Notes: generated by a model not told the origin, from the letters alone. A stretch of DNA of 64,000 nt from an uncultured Anaerolineaceae bacterium (GCA_964474285.1 CAYYSD010000003.1:478-64477), one strand, 5' to 3'. Shown: positions 53,655 through 62,399, counted from the stretch's first letter. Made by a program: numbers and translations.

Positions 53655-54854
53655 CTACCCTCTCGGAAGTCCGAGTCCGCGACGCGCAATCTGGTCGCGC
53701 ATGGCGTGCGTGCTGCCGTGGCCGATGCCCACGAACCAGGCGCTCAGGAGGTGGTCACCGAACTCTCCGCCGCGCGGTGCGTCTTCACCTTCGAGCAGCT
53801 GCATGTATGGTCCGAGGATCTGGGCGATGCTCTCAATCGCTCGGACGTTGGAATCGGGACCCCACGACTTCTCTGCCGGGCTTTCGTGGACGATGCGCAG
53901 GCCTTCACGCACCATCTGCAGGCTGCGCATCGTCATCAGCCGGTAGGTCTGGCGTTCTATCCACATCTGGGCGACCTGGTCGCGGACGAGCGGATCCTTC
54001 TTCGGTTCGTAGTCACCGAGCTTCGCGTCCTGCAGGTAGTCGACCATGTGGTCGGTGCGGAACGTGCAACGCAGGTAGCGCGTGATGCCGATGCGGTCGA
54101 TGGCGAGACCCGAGGTGGCAAGCATCCATCCGTCGCCGGGCTGACCGAGCATCGCGCTCGAAGGCACACGCACGTCATCGAAGAATGCTTCGCCCGCCCA
54201 TGCGCCCGTGTAGCCGAACGTTCGCGAACGGTCCTTCAGGAGTTTGATTGGCCGGAACGTGACGCCGGGCGCGTCCATCGGCACGAGGAAGATGGACAGG
54301 CCCTTGTGCTTCTCGACGTCTCTGTCGGTGCGAACGAGCATGTACATGTGCGTGTGCGTCGCGCTCGCGCCGTACATCTTCTGGCCGTTGATGATCCAGT
54401 CGTCGCCGTCGCGCACGGCCACGCTCTTCAGGCCTGCGAGGTCAGTGCCGCCGCTCGGCTCGGTATAGCCGAGCCCCAGCCGGACTTCGCCCTTGATCAT
54501 CCGCGGGATGAAGTAGTCTTTCTGTTCCTGCGTGCCGTGTTGAAGGATGGTGGTATAGCCGGTCCCGTAGTTGTGGCCGATGAACAGGCCTGCCCGGTTG
54601 AACTCTTCATCGACGATGAACTGGTCTGCGAGGTCACCACCCTGGCCACCGTATTCCCTGGGCATCGCCATGCGGATCCATCCGCGTTCGGACATCTTTT
54701 CGAAGAGCGCGTCGGTGTGAGGGCCTCCGCTTCCTGCGTCTTCCTCGTCCCGGCGTCCCTGTTCAGCCATGACTTCCGCCGTCACGTTCTCCGCGATGAA
54801 CTGACGGATCTCTTGCCGAAATGCCTCTTGCTCAGGCGTGTACTGGAAGTTCAT
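53655..54854 (-). CDS. acyl-CoA dehydrogenase family protein (FadE-type tail, Glu replaced at the usual position)
   Basis: Start ATG 54854 (MNFQYTPEQEAFRQEI) follows AGGAAGGAAAG. MPREYGGQGG, GYTEPSGGTD. The C-terminal GHGSTHAMRDQIARRGLGLPRG has His where paralogs have Glu. The track ORF to 54953 is an extension. Confidence 0.9.
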   Translation of the reverse strand: MNFQYTPEQEAFRQEIRQFIAENVTAEVMAEQGRRDEEDAGSGGPHTDALFEKMSERGWIRMAMPREYGGQGGDLADQFIVDEEFNRAGLFIGHNYGTGYTTILQHGTQEQKDYFIPRMIKGEVRLGLGYTEPSGGTDLAGLKSVAVRDGDDWIINGQKMYGASATHTHMYMLVRTDRDVEKHKGLSIFLVPMDAPGVTFRPIKLLKDRSRTFGYTGAWAGEAFFDDVRVPSSAMLGQPGDGWMLATSGLAIDRIGITRYLRCTFRTDHMVDYLQDAKLGDYEPKKDPLVRDQVAQMWIERQTYRLMTMRSLQMVREGLRIVHESPAEKSWGPDSNVRAIESIAQILGPYMQLLEGEDAPRGGEFGDHLLSAWFVGIGHGSTHAMRDQIARRGLGLPRG

Positions 54855-54976
54855 GGGTGCCTCGCTTTCCTTCCTCAGGCCCGCCGCGCGCGACCGGGCC
54901 GATGGCGTGACTTTCGCACGCTCAGCGCGCCACCGGCGCGGGAAACTGCACAACGAGAGTGTCGTTCGCGGGCCGA

Positions 54977-55006
54977 AGACTAAATCTTCAACCTTTAGAC
55001 TGTCAA
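54977..55006 (-). promoter_or_regulatory. conserved promoter/operator box, copy B
   Basis: Plus strand: AGACTAAATCTTCAACCTTTAGACTGTCAA. Minus strand: TTGACA-N18-TAGTCT. It lies about 115 nt upstream of ATG 54854, in the divergent region shared with the PHP gene. Confidence 0.5.
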
Positions 55007-55066
55007 CTTAATCGCAAGCCGAGAGTCAATCCGTATGGACTCCGTCGCCAGCGGGGCACCATACTC

Positions 55067-55792
55067 GTGCAGTCCTGGGAGCGAGATGACTGCGAGAGCC
55101 GGCAGACGCCCTTGATCGTCGATTGCCATGTCCACACCGTGCGCGGAAGTTCCGACAGCGCCCTGTCCCTTCCGGACCTGGTGAATGAGGCGGCGCGCGC
55201 GAGGCTCGACGGCGTCTGCCTCACTGAACACCGTGGCCCCTGGGACCGCCGCGAGTTTGCCGCCACGCAGCGCCAGCATGACGGCCTTTTCTTCGTCAAT
55301 GCCATGGAAGTCGAGAGTCCCGGCTGTCATCTCACGGTCTTCGGCCTGGACCGTCACATCGGCGGTGCTCACGACCCGGCGGTCCTGCGCAAAGTCGCAG
55401 ACTCCGAGGGCGCGTTCGTCGTCCTCGCACACCCCTTCCGGTACTTCCTCAGCCATCCGTCGAGCAACCTCCTGTTCTGCCGGGGCGATCAGGTCCCGCC
55501 CGCGATCGAGGAAGTGATGGAACACCCCATCTTCGATCTCGTGGACGCCATCGAAGTAGCGAACGGCGGAACCTCCGCCGCCGAGAACGCGCTGGCCTTG
55601 AAGGTGGCAAAGGCCCTCGGCAAAGCAACGGTCGGCGGGAGCGATGCGCACTCTACACACGGCCTGGGGCGCTTCGTGACCGCTTTCGACGACGAATTCC
55701 GGGATGCCGAAGGCTTCATGGCAGCGCTTCGAAGCGGGATGTTCCGCGCAGCCGTCAGGGACGCACATGGAACGGTCGTTCCCTGCGGTTGA
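55067..55792 (+). CDS. PHP-domain metal-dependent phosphoesterase
   Basis: The frame is open from 54959 and the start is uncertain: GTG 55067 or TTG 55112. All PHP motifs are present: VDCHVHT, LTEH, MEVES, LAHPF, GGSDAHS. It is the only plus-strand gene inside the 30-kb minus-strand block. Confidence 0.7.
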   Translation: MQSWERDDCESRQTPLIVDCHVHTVRGSSDSALSLPDLVNEAARARLDGVCLTEHRGPWDRREFAATQRQHDGLFFVNAMEVESPGCHLTVFGLDRHIGGAHDPAVLRKVADSEGAFVVLAHPFRYFLSHPSSNLLFCRGDQVPPAIEEVMEHPIFDLVDAIEVANGGTSAAENALALKVAKALGKATVGGSDAHSTHGLGRFVTAFDDEFRDAEGFMAALRSGMFRAAVRDAHGTVVPCG

Positions 55793-55862
55793 GCGGCGCG
55801 CAGCGCCTCTGCGCATGTTGTCGTCTGCGGGCATCGCTCCCTACCCCTCTGCGATGCCCAAA

Positions 55863-56678
55863 CTACCGGTTCTTGAACACCGGCTCACGGCCTTCGGCGA
55901 ACGCCTTCGGGCCCTCGATTGAATCCTCCATGCCCGCGAGGTTTCGCTCGAGATGGTTGGCGTATCGAGCGGCCTCGAACGGTGACATGTAGGAACCCTT
56001 GTAGAGGATCTCCTTGAGGTTCCTGACTGACCTCGGCGCGAGTACGAGGAGCCGTTCCGCCCACTGCATCGCGGTGGACATCAGCTCATCGTGCGGGACG
56101 ACGGCGTTCACCAGCCCGATCTCGTAAGCGCGCTGAGCCGAGATGCGCTTGTCGCCCCACAGCACAACCTCGAGGGCGTTCGCAAGACCGATGATCCTGG
56201 GCAAGTGGTGGACCCACCCGGCGCCCTGGTTCCAGCGAACCTCGGTAACGCCGAACTCCGCCTTCTCCGACGCGATTCGCACGTCGCACTGCATCGCGTG
56301 ATTGAAGCCCCCGGCAACGGCGATCCCGTTCACAGCCGCGATCATCGGTTTATAGCAATCCAATCGCTCGGACAGCGGGAAGATGTTCTGGAGGTAGTCC
56401 GGCATCGGCACCATCGGGTCAGGCCTGCCTTCCAGGGCCGCCTTATTCCGCTCGTTCCGCTCCTTCAGGTCCTGTCCTGCACCGAAGGCACGGCCGTTCG
56501 CCGTCAAGATCGAAACCCAAGCCTCGTCGTCGTGGGCGAACTCCCAATACGTCTCATGGAGCGTTTTGCGCAGCTCCCCGTTGAAGGAGTTGAGGGCTTC
56601 CGGGCGGTTCAGGGTGATGACCCATATCCGGCCGTTCGCTTCCTTATCTAGTTGCAGGACACCGTCTTTGACGCGCAT
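55863..56678 (-). CDS. crotonase-fold (enoyl-CoA hydratase/isomerase family) protein
   Basis: The ORF runs to 56696, with the likely start at Met 56678 (MRVKDGVLQL). WVITLNRPEALNS, AFGAGQDLK, NGIAVAGGFNHAMQCDVRIASEKAEFGVTEVRW. Confidence 0.85.
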   Translation of the reverse strand: MRVKDGVLQLDKEANGRIWVITLNRPEALNSFNGELRKTLHETYWEFAHDDEAWVSILTANGRAFGAGQDLKERNERNKAALEGRPDPMVPMPDYLQNIFPLSERLDCYKPMIAAVNGIAVAGGFNHAMQCDVRIASEKAEFGVTEVRWNQGAGWVHHLPRIIGLANALEVVLWGDKRISAQRAYEIGLVNAVVPHDELMSTAMQWAERLLVLAPRSVRNLKEILYKGSYMSPFEAARYANHLERNLAGMEDSIEGPKAFAEGREPVFKNR

Positions 56679-56772
56679 GCCTCTGAATCTCCTCATTCAC
56701 GAATGTGCACAGCCCTTGGACAGGACGCCCCCAGTGCCGGCGAACGTCGCACCCGCGTGGCCGATGCGTTGA

Positions 56773-57627
56773 CTATCGGCCCTTGAACACAGGCGGACGC
56801 CGTTCGACCTGTGCATCGCGCGCCTCATCCTTGTCTTCGGTGAGGTGGATGATCGTCGCGGCGCTGGAAGTCATCACAGCCACGCCCTCAAGAGTCGTGT
56901 CCATCCCGGCCCGTAGCACGCGTTTATTGATCCACTGCGAAATGGGCGAAACCAGCATCATGCGGCGGCAGAGGTCGCGCGTGAATGTTTCCAGTTCCGT
57001 CGATGGCACCAGGTGATTGAGCAGGCCCCACTGGTGCGCCAGCTGCGCATCGACGCTGCCGACATAGGCAAATTCGAGTGCGCGCGCCAGCCCGATGATC
57101 CTCGGCAGGAAGTAAGCGCCACCGTTCTCGATGATCTGCCCGCGGGCGTGGTAGGTGATGAATCGGCTATGCTCGCAGCCGATGCGGATGTCGCACTGGA
57201 CCGCCATATCCATCCCGGAGCCGGCAGCAGGTCCGTTCACCATCGCAATGGTCGGCTTCCGGATTCCGGAGATCTCGCGGATGATCTTCGTGTACCCATG
57301 GAAGAAGTGCTGCCGCTGGGCGTCCGGCCCGGCGTCAGGGCTGCGGTTTCCGGGAAAGAACTCGCCGAAGTCCTCGTCAGCGCGGGGGCCCTTGGCGTCG
57401 TTGCCAGCGCAGAAACCGCGCCCTTCTCCGGTCAGGATGATCACGCGGATCGCCGGGTCATCGTCGCCGTACTTCATGTATTCGACCACTTTCGAAGCCG
57501 TGCTGCGGTCGTGTGCCGAGCCGAGCGTCGCGTTCATGCGGTCGGGCCGGTTGAATTTGATCCAGAGGATTCCGTTTTCCGGTTCCGGTTCGTAGAGGAG
57601 CCACGGCACGAGATCTGGAGTAGCCAT
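56773..57627 (-). CDS. crotonase-fold (enoyl-CoA hydratase/isomerase family) protein
   Basis: 284-aa ORF. ILWIKFNRPDRMNA, GFCAGND, NGPAAGSGMDMAVQCDIRIGCEHSRF. Confidence 0.85.
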   Translation of the reverse strand: MATPDLVPWLLYEPEPENGILWIKFNRPDRMNATLGSAHDRSTASKVVEYMKYGDDDPAIRVIILTGEGRGFCAGNDAKGPRADEDFGEFFPGNRSPDAGPDAQRQHFFHGYTKIIREISGIRKPTIAMVNGPAAGSGMDMAVQCDIRIGCEHSRFITYHARGQIIENGGAYFLPRIIGLARALEFAYVGSVDAQLAHQWGLLNHLVPSTELETFTRDLCRRMMLVSPISQWINKRVLRAGMDTTLEGVAVMTSSAATIIHLTEDKDEARDAQVERRPPVFKGR

Positions 57628-57698
57628 TCTTCACTTCCTTCTTCGCGTCATTGGCGGCGACGCGGTCGTTCCGTTTCTGATGGTCCGCGGCGGCCATG

Positions 57699-60029
57699 CT
57701 ACCGAAGGGCAAGTGCCGCCGCGAGCGCGTCAATCTCATCTGGCGAGAGCCCGAGCACGGTGCTGAACACCTCGTCGTTGTCCTGGCCCATTCGCGGCGC
57801 CGGCCTGTACACCGGAGTCTGCTGCTGGCCCACGCTCAACCACGGGAGCTTGAACGCCTTGTAGATTCCTACCCCGGGCTTGTCGAGCTCCACGATCATG
57901 CCGCGGTCGCGGAACTGATCGAGGTCGGCAACTTCGACGAGCTCCGTGACCTGTGCCGCGCATACCCCGGCATCACGCAGAACCTCGATGACTTCGTGGC
58001 GGCTTTGCAGGGCACACCAGCGGTCCAGGATACCGTCGATATCGCCCCGGCGTTCAGTTCGGCCTTCGAGGGAAAGCCCGCCGAGGGCGTCCATGCCCGC
58101 CACGGCCGCGAGCGCTCCCCATTCGGCTGGGGAGTGCGCAGCGATAGCGACCCACCCATCGCTGCATTGGAAGGTGTTGTGCGGCACACAATCGCGCCTG
58201 TGGTTGCCGGCCGGGGCCGGTTCGTTGCCCGCGAAGTGTTCGAGGTAGGCATCGAACATGAGCGCCATCGTGATTTCCAGCATCGAAAGGTCGAACTGGA
58301 GTCCCCGCCCGGTGCGTTGCGCGTAGGCCAGTCCGGCCAACATCGCGAGGGCGGCGACCTCGCCGGTTACGGGGTCCGTCCATGACACGCCTTGTCCGCG
58401 CGGAGGCGTCCCGGGCCAGCTCGCGAGGTACGTGTGGCCTGCGTACGAGTGGATCGGAGTGCCGTACGCACGCATCGAGGCCTCCGGTCCGGTCCGGCCC
58501 GTGCCGGAGGACGAGACCATGATGAGCGATGGCTTCTCTTTCGAAAGCTCCGTGAAGTCAAGACCCATGCGTTCGGCTGCGCCCGTGGAATAGTTCTCGA
58601 TGACGATGTCGGACGAGAGCGCCAGCAGTCGCGCCAGGTTCCGTCCTTCCGGCGTGCCGAGGTTGAGGGTACAGTCCTTCTTCGAATAGTTGAGCGCGAG
58701 GTAGTGAGGGCTGCCCTCGGGTCCGCCGTCCAGGGAGGGTAAGTGGGCGCGCGTCGGATCGGGCCGCTCGCGCGATTCCACTTTGATCACCTCAGCGCCG
58801 AGGGCGGCCAGCCACTTTGTGCTTTGTGGTCCGGCGATCACCCAGCTGAAGTCCGCGATTCGGAGCCCTTCGAGCGGCAGGTGTTGCCCGGTCCATGTCT
58901 CCGCCGGGGCTGGAACTGCCGAGTTGAGGAGCAGCTCCCGGGCGAACTCCGTGTCCGCTCCGCGTGGCCGGATGGCGTCTTGACTCCCATCGGGTCCGCG
59001 GCCTTTGTACACCCGGATCGGCGAAGGCGGCGCCGTGATTTCGCCGGCATCCGGGATGGGGAGCCGTCCCAACGCTTCGCGATCTCGAACCTGTGCCAGC
59101 CCCGCCACACCTCCGATGGTGTTCACCGGGAAGGCGGCCATGCCTTCCGACTGCGCGGCGCGGAACACGCTCTCCACGGTCAGCTGCGCAAGCTCCTTGT
59201 GGGCGTCCTTCTCGACGGTGCTCCAGTTGGCCGCCCGGTAGGATGGATCTCCGGCAGGACCTTCGACCCATTCCGGGCGCTTCAGAATTTTCGCCCAAGA
59301 CTCCCATTGCCCGCCCGAGACGTACAGGTACCCATCGCGACAGGGGAGGAACCCGCGCAATGAAACGGCGCGCCCCGTCGACGAAGTTCCCGGCGCGCCA
59401 TGCTCCGATTCGAGCGGGTTGAGAACTTCGCCCATCAACGTCGAACCCAGGGCGTCGAGGCTCGCCACATCCACCACGTTCCCGCGTCCCGAACGCCGCG
59501 CCGCGAACCACCCCTGCAGCGACGCGACAGCGGCGACGACGCCTCCGAGGGCAGCCGCCTGGTGTCCCCACGGCTGCATCGGCCGTTCGTAGCCCCGGTC
59601 TCCGGCGCCGGTCGGAATGGTGCTGGCGATCCCGCTGAGGGCGAACAAGAGGAGCTCGTCTTCGTGCAGGTGCGTCTGAGGCCCGTCCAGGCCATACGGC
59701 GTAACCACCGTCACGACCGCCCTGCCCTCCCTGGCCGGGTCGATCAGCGGCGCGTCGCCCGCAAGCATCCCGTCATAGAGCACCACGTCTGCGCGACGGC
59801 GAATGCGGTCGAAAGTGTCCGGCGTGAATTCAATCTGTGCACGGCGCTTATTCGCCACCAGGAACGCATCCATACGGCCCTCTGGCGAGTCAGTTCCCGG
59901 GTATGGCCCCGGCGGTTCCAGCGCGATGACCGTCGCACCGAGGTCAGCCAGGAGGCGGCCCGCGAAGCGCGCTGCGACCGACGTCGCGACTTCGGCGACG
60001 ACCAGGCCCTCGAGCAGTGGATAGGTCAC
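57699..60029 (-). CDS. tandem two-module family III CoA-transferase
   Basis: The ORF runs to 60131, with the likely start at GTG 60029 after GGAGGAG. Modules: LEGLVVAEVATSVAARFAGRLLADLGATVIALEPP and LEGLRIADFSWVIAGPQSTKWLAALGAEVIKVES. Confidence 0.85.
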   Translation of the reverse strand: MTYPLLEGLVVAEVATSVAARFAGRLLADLGATVIALEPPGPYPGTDSPEGRMDAFLVANKRRAQIEFTPDTFDRIRRRADVVLYDGMLAGDAPLIDPAREGRAVVTVVTPYGLDGPQTHLHEDELLLFALSGIASTIPTGAGDRGYERPMQPWGHQAAALGGVVAAVASLQGWFAARRSGRGNVVDVASLDALGSTLMGEVLNPLESEHGAPGTSSTGRAVSLRGFLPCRDGYLYVSGGQWESWAKILKRPEWVEGPAGDPSYRAANWSTVEKDAHKELAQLTVESVFRAAQSEGMAAFPVNTIGGVAGLAQVRDREALGRLPIPDAGEITAPPSPIRVYKGRGPDGSQDAIRPRGADTEFARELLLNSAVPAPAETWTGQHLPLEGLRIADFSWVIAGPQSTKWLAALGAEVIKVESRERPDPTRAHLPSLDGGPEGSPHYLALNYSKKDCTLNLGTPEGRNLARLLALSSDIVIENYSTGAAERMGLDFTELSKEKPSLIMVSSSGTGRTGPEASMRAYGTPIHSYAGHTYLASWPGTPPRGQGVSWTDPVTGEVAALAMLAGLAYAQRTGRGLQFDLSMLEITMALMFDAYLEHFAGNEPAPAGNHRRDCVPHNTFQCSDGWVAIAAHSPAEWGALAAVAGMDALGGLSLEGRTERRGDIDGILDRWCALQSRHEVIEVLRDAGVCAAQVTELVEVADLDQFRDRGMIVELDKPGVGIYKAFKLPWLSVGQQQTPVYRPAPRMGQDNDEVFSTVLGLSPDEIDALAAALALR

Positions 60030-60151
60030 GCGGAACTCCTCCGGACCATCCCATCCGGCAACATGGGTCAAAAGCGGTGCACCGCCACGTGGCGCAGTCG
60101 CCACCAGGCGCAGTCGCCGCCAGGCGGTCAAGGCCCGGGCTGGACGCGGGC

Positions 60152-60181
60152 AGACTAAATCTTCAATCTTTTCACTGTCAA
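60152..60181 (-). promoter_or_regulatory. conserved promoter/operator box, copy C
   Basis: Plus strand: AGACTAAATCTTCAATCTTTTCACTGTCAA. Minus strand: TTGACA-N18-TAGTCT. It matches copy B at 27 of 30 positions and lies about 115 nt upstream of GTG 60029. Confidence 0.5.
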
Positions 60182-60778
60182 CCGATTTGCGACAACCCGA
60201 AGTCTCCCGTCAACAGGGCTTTTCGGGCCTGAGGGCCTTCGGCGAAACGCGAGGCCGGTGCCTTGAGCATGCGCAGCTTTCGCGCATGCTGCGCTCGCCC
60301 AAGACTCGGGCTCCGGCAGGTGCCTCGTGAAATCGATGCGTGACGGCCGGGATGATCGACCGGTGTTGGCTGCGCTCGAGATGGTGACCGAGGGCCAAAC
60401 CTCCGGGAACGTGCCATCCCGTGTGATGAGTTGGCCCCTGGCATGATCCTCTTACAAGAGCTGAGGGCCCGGACGGCGCGGTCCGTGCTACCCGGGGAGA
60501 GACGCTGACACCCAGCGCTTGCCGCCCGCCTCTCCGCCAGTCCCCCGCTCGGGGTCGCCCTCGTTGCCGTCCTTGCCGCCCGGCAATTGCAGGGTTCGTG
60601 GCATCGAGTTTGCGTCCCGTCCCCGGGCAGTTGTGGTATGTCCGATCAGGGTTTCACCCTATTCAAGAGGATGCATCACGCGCAATACACTCAAGTTTGA
60701 GCGACGAACGCGCCTGGCCGTTGCCCTCCCGGAAGGCGTCGGAATCACCCCTCTCTGAGCGTCGCGCTGGACGACCCA

Positions 60779-62356
60779 ATGAACGCTCAACAACCCCCGG
60801 AGCCCTCCGGCTCACTGTCAACTGACAGCGGACCGGAAGAGACGGTGTCCCAGGGGGAGTTGGAGAGGCTATTCTCCCTCCTGCCAGTCCTCATCTGTAT
60901 TTCCGGAACCGACGGCTTCTTTCGCCGGGTCAACGCCGAATTCACACGAGTTCTCGGTTGGAGTGAGGCCGAGCTCCTTTCCATTCCCTACAACGAACTC
61001 GTTCACCCCGAAGACCGCGCGGCAACCGTCGCGGCGGTTGATCGGCAGGCGTTCGGAGCTAAGGAACTCGCGTTCGAGAATCGATATCGCTGCAAGGACG
61101 GCAGCTATCGTTGGCTCTGCTGGGAATCCAATCCGGTCGAAAGCCAGGGCTTCATGTACGCGATTGCGCGGGACGTGACGGAGCACCGCCTCGCCCAGCA
61201 AGAGGTCCGCGCCGCTCGCGATGAGGCCACCCGCGCGAACCAGGCCAAGAACGAATTCCTCTCTCGCATGAGCCACGAACTCCGGACCCCGCTTTCTGCC
61301 ATTCTTGGCTTCGCCCAGCTGATGCAACTGGACGAACGCACTTCCGACGACGAAGAGGCTGTCAATCACATCATCCGTGCCGGCAATCACCTGCTCAGCC
61401 TCATCAACGAGGTGCTCGACATCTCACGAATCGACTCGCGCAAGCTCTCCATTTCGCTTGAACCAGTCGCGCTCAATGAAGTCGTAGACGAAGTCGTCCG
61501 CCTGATGGAGCCGCTCGCACGAGGGGCAGAGATTGGGGTGGAGGTTGTCGAATCTGATTTGCGATCGTTCGTTCGGGCCGATCGTCAGCGCCTGAAGCAA
61601 GTCCTGCTCAATCTCCTGTCCAACGCAATCAAGTACAACCGCCACGGGGGCCGTGTCGAGATCCGCTGGGAATCCTTGCCGGAAGACCGCGTGGTCATCT
61701 CGATTTCGGACACGGGTAACGGGATTCCCCCTGACCGTATGGACAGGCTGTTCGAAGCCTTCGATCGCCTGGGCGCGGAAAGCACCGGCATCGAAGGTAC
61801 GGGGCTTGGCCTGGCACTCTCGCGGGCACTCACGGAAGCAATGGGTGGGGCACTGACTGCCAGGAGCGTGCTCGGCGAAGGGAGCGCGTTCGCGGTAGAG
61901 CTGGCAGCGGATGCTGCGCCCCTCGAGAGTCTTGGTTTTGGCGCTCCGGACTTGCCCGTCCGGAACGAATCCGCAGTTGGCGCGCGAAAAGTGCTCTATG
62001 TGGAAGACAATCTCGCCAACCTTGCCCTGGTCAGCCGCCTTGTAGCGTTGCGCCCGGGAATCCATCTCATGTCAGCCGGACAGGGCCGCCTGGGCCTGGA
62101 GCTTGCCTCCCAGCACCGTCCCGACCTGGTCTTGCTCGACCTTCACCTCCCGGATATGGAGGGTGACCTGGTCCTCGCCGCCCTGAAGTCTAATCCCATG
62201 CTGGCGAGCGTGCCGGTCATCATTGCGAGTGCCGACGCGACTCCCGGTCAGGTCGAACGTTTGCGCGCGGCGGGTGCCCACGCCTACCTGACCAAACCGA
62301 TCGATGTGCGCGAATTCCTTGCGCTGCTCGATGCAACGCTCGCCGGTCAAGCCTGA
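60779..62356 (+). CDS. hybrid sensor histidine kinase (PAS - HisKA - HATPase_c - receiver)
   Basis: 525-aa ORF. PAS-like FRRVNAEFTRVLGWSEAEL...YRCKDGSYRWLCW, H-box FLSRMSHELRTPL, N/G boxes LLSNAIKYN and DTGNGI...GTGLGLALS, and a C-terminal receiver VLYVEDN...DLVLLDLHLPDM...TKP. Confidence 0.9.
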   Translation: MNAQQPPEPSGSLSTDSGPEETVSQGELERLFSLLPVLICISGTDGFFRRVNAEFTRVLGWSEAELLSIPYNELVHPEDRAATVAAVDRQAFGAKELAFENRYRCKDGSYRWLCWESNPVESQGFMYAIARDVTEHRLAQQEVRAARDEATRANQAKNEFLSRMSHELRTPLSAILGFAQLMQLDERTSDDEEAVNHIIRAGNHLLSLINEVLDISRIDSRKLSISLEPVALNEVVDEVVRLMEPLARGAEIGVEVVESDLRSFVRADRQRLKQVLLNLLSNAIKYNRHGGRVEIRWESLPEDRVVISISDTGNGIPPDRMDRLFEAFDRLGAESTGIEGTGLGLALSRALTEAMGGALTARSVLGEGSAFAVELAADAAPLESLGFGAPDLPVRNESAVGARKVLYVEDNLANLALVSRLVALRPGIHLMSAGQGRLGLELASQHRPDLVLLDLHLPDMEGDLVLAALKSNPMLASVPVIIASADATPGQVERLRAAGAHAYLTKPIDVREFLALLDATLAGQA

Positions 62357-62364
62357 CATGCGAG

Positions 62365-62386
62365 GCCGGCAATCCCCGCTGCCGGC
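62365..62386 (+). terminator. weak stem-loop after the kinase gene
   Basis: GCCGGCA-atccccgc-TGCCGGC, a 7-bp stem 9 nt after the stop. No U-tract. Confidence 0.3.
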
Positions 62387-62399
62387 AGGGCTGAACCCT

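Noticed and set aside
54855-54976. Riboswitch or attenuator in the ~115-nt leaders downstream of boxes B and C (also 60030-60151)
   Set aside because: I recognised no conserved riboswitch core, and the two leaders do not look similar to each other beyond the box. This would need a covariance-model scan.
60779-62356. Hybrid histidine kinase as part of a novel signalling system
   Set aside because: It has the standard PAS-HisKA-HATPase-REC architecture. No cognate response regulator, Hpt protein or unusual domain appears in the window, so nothing beyond an orphan hybrid kinase can be supported.
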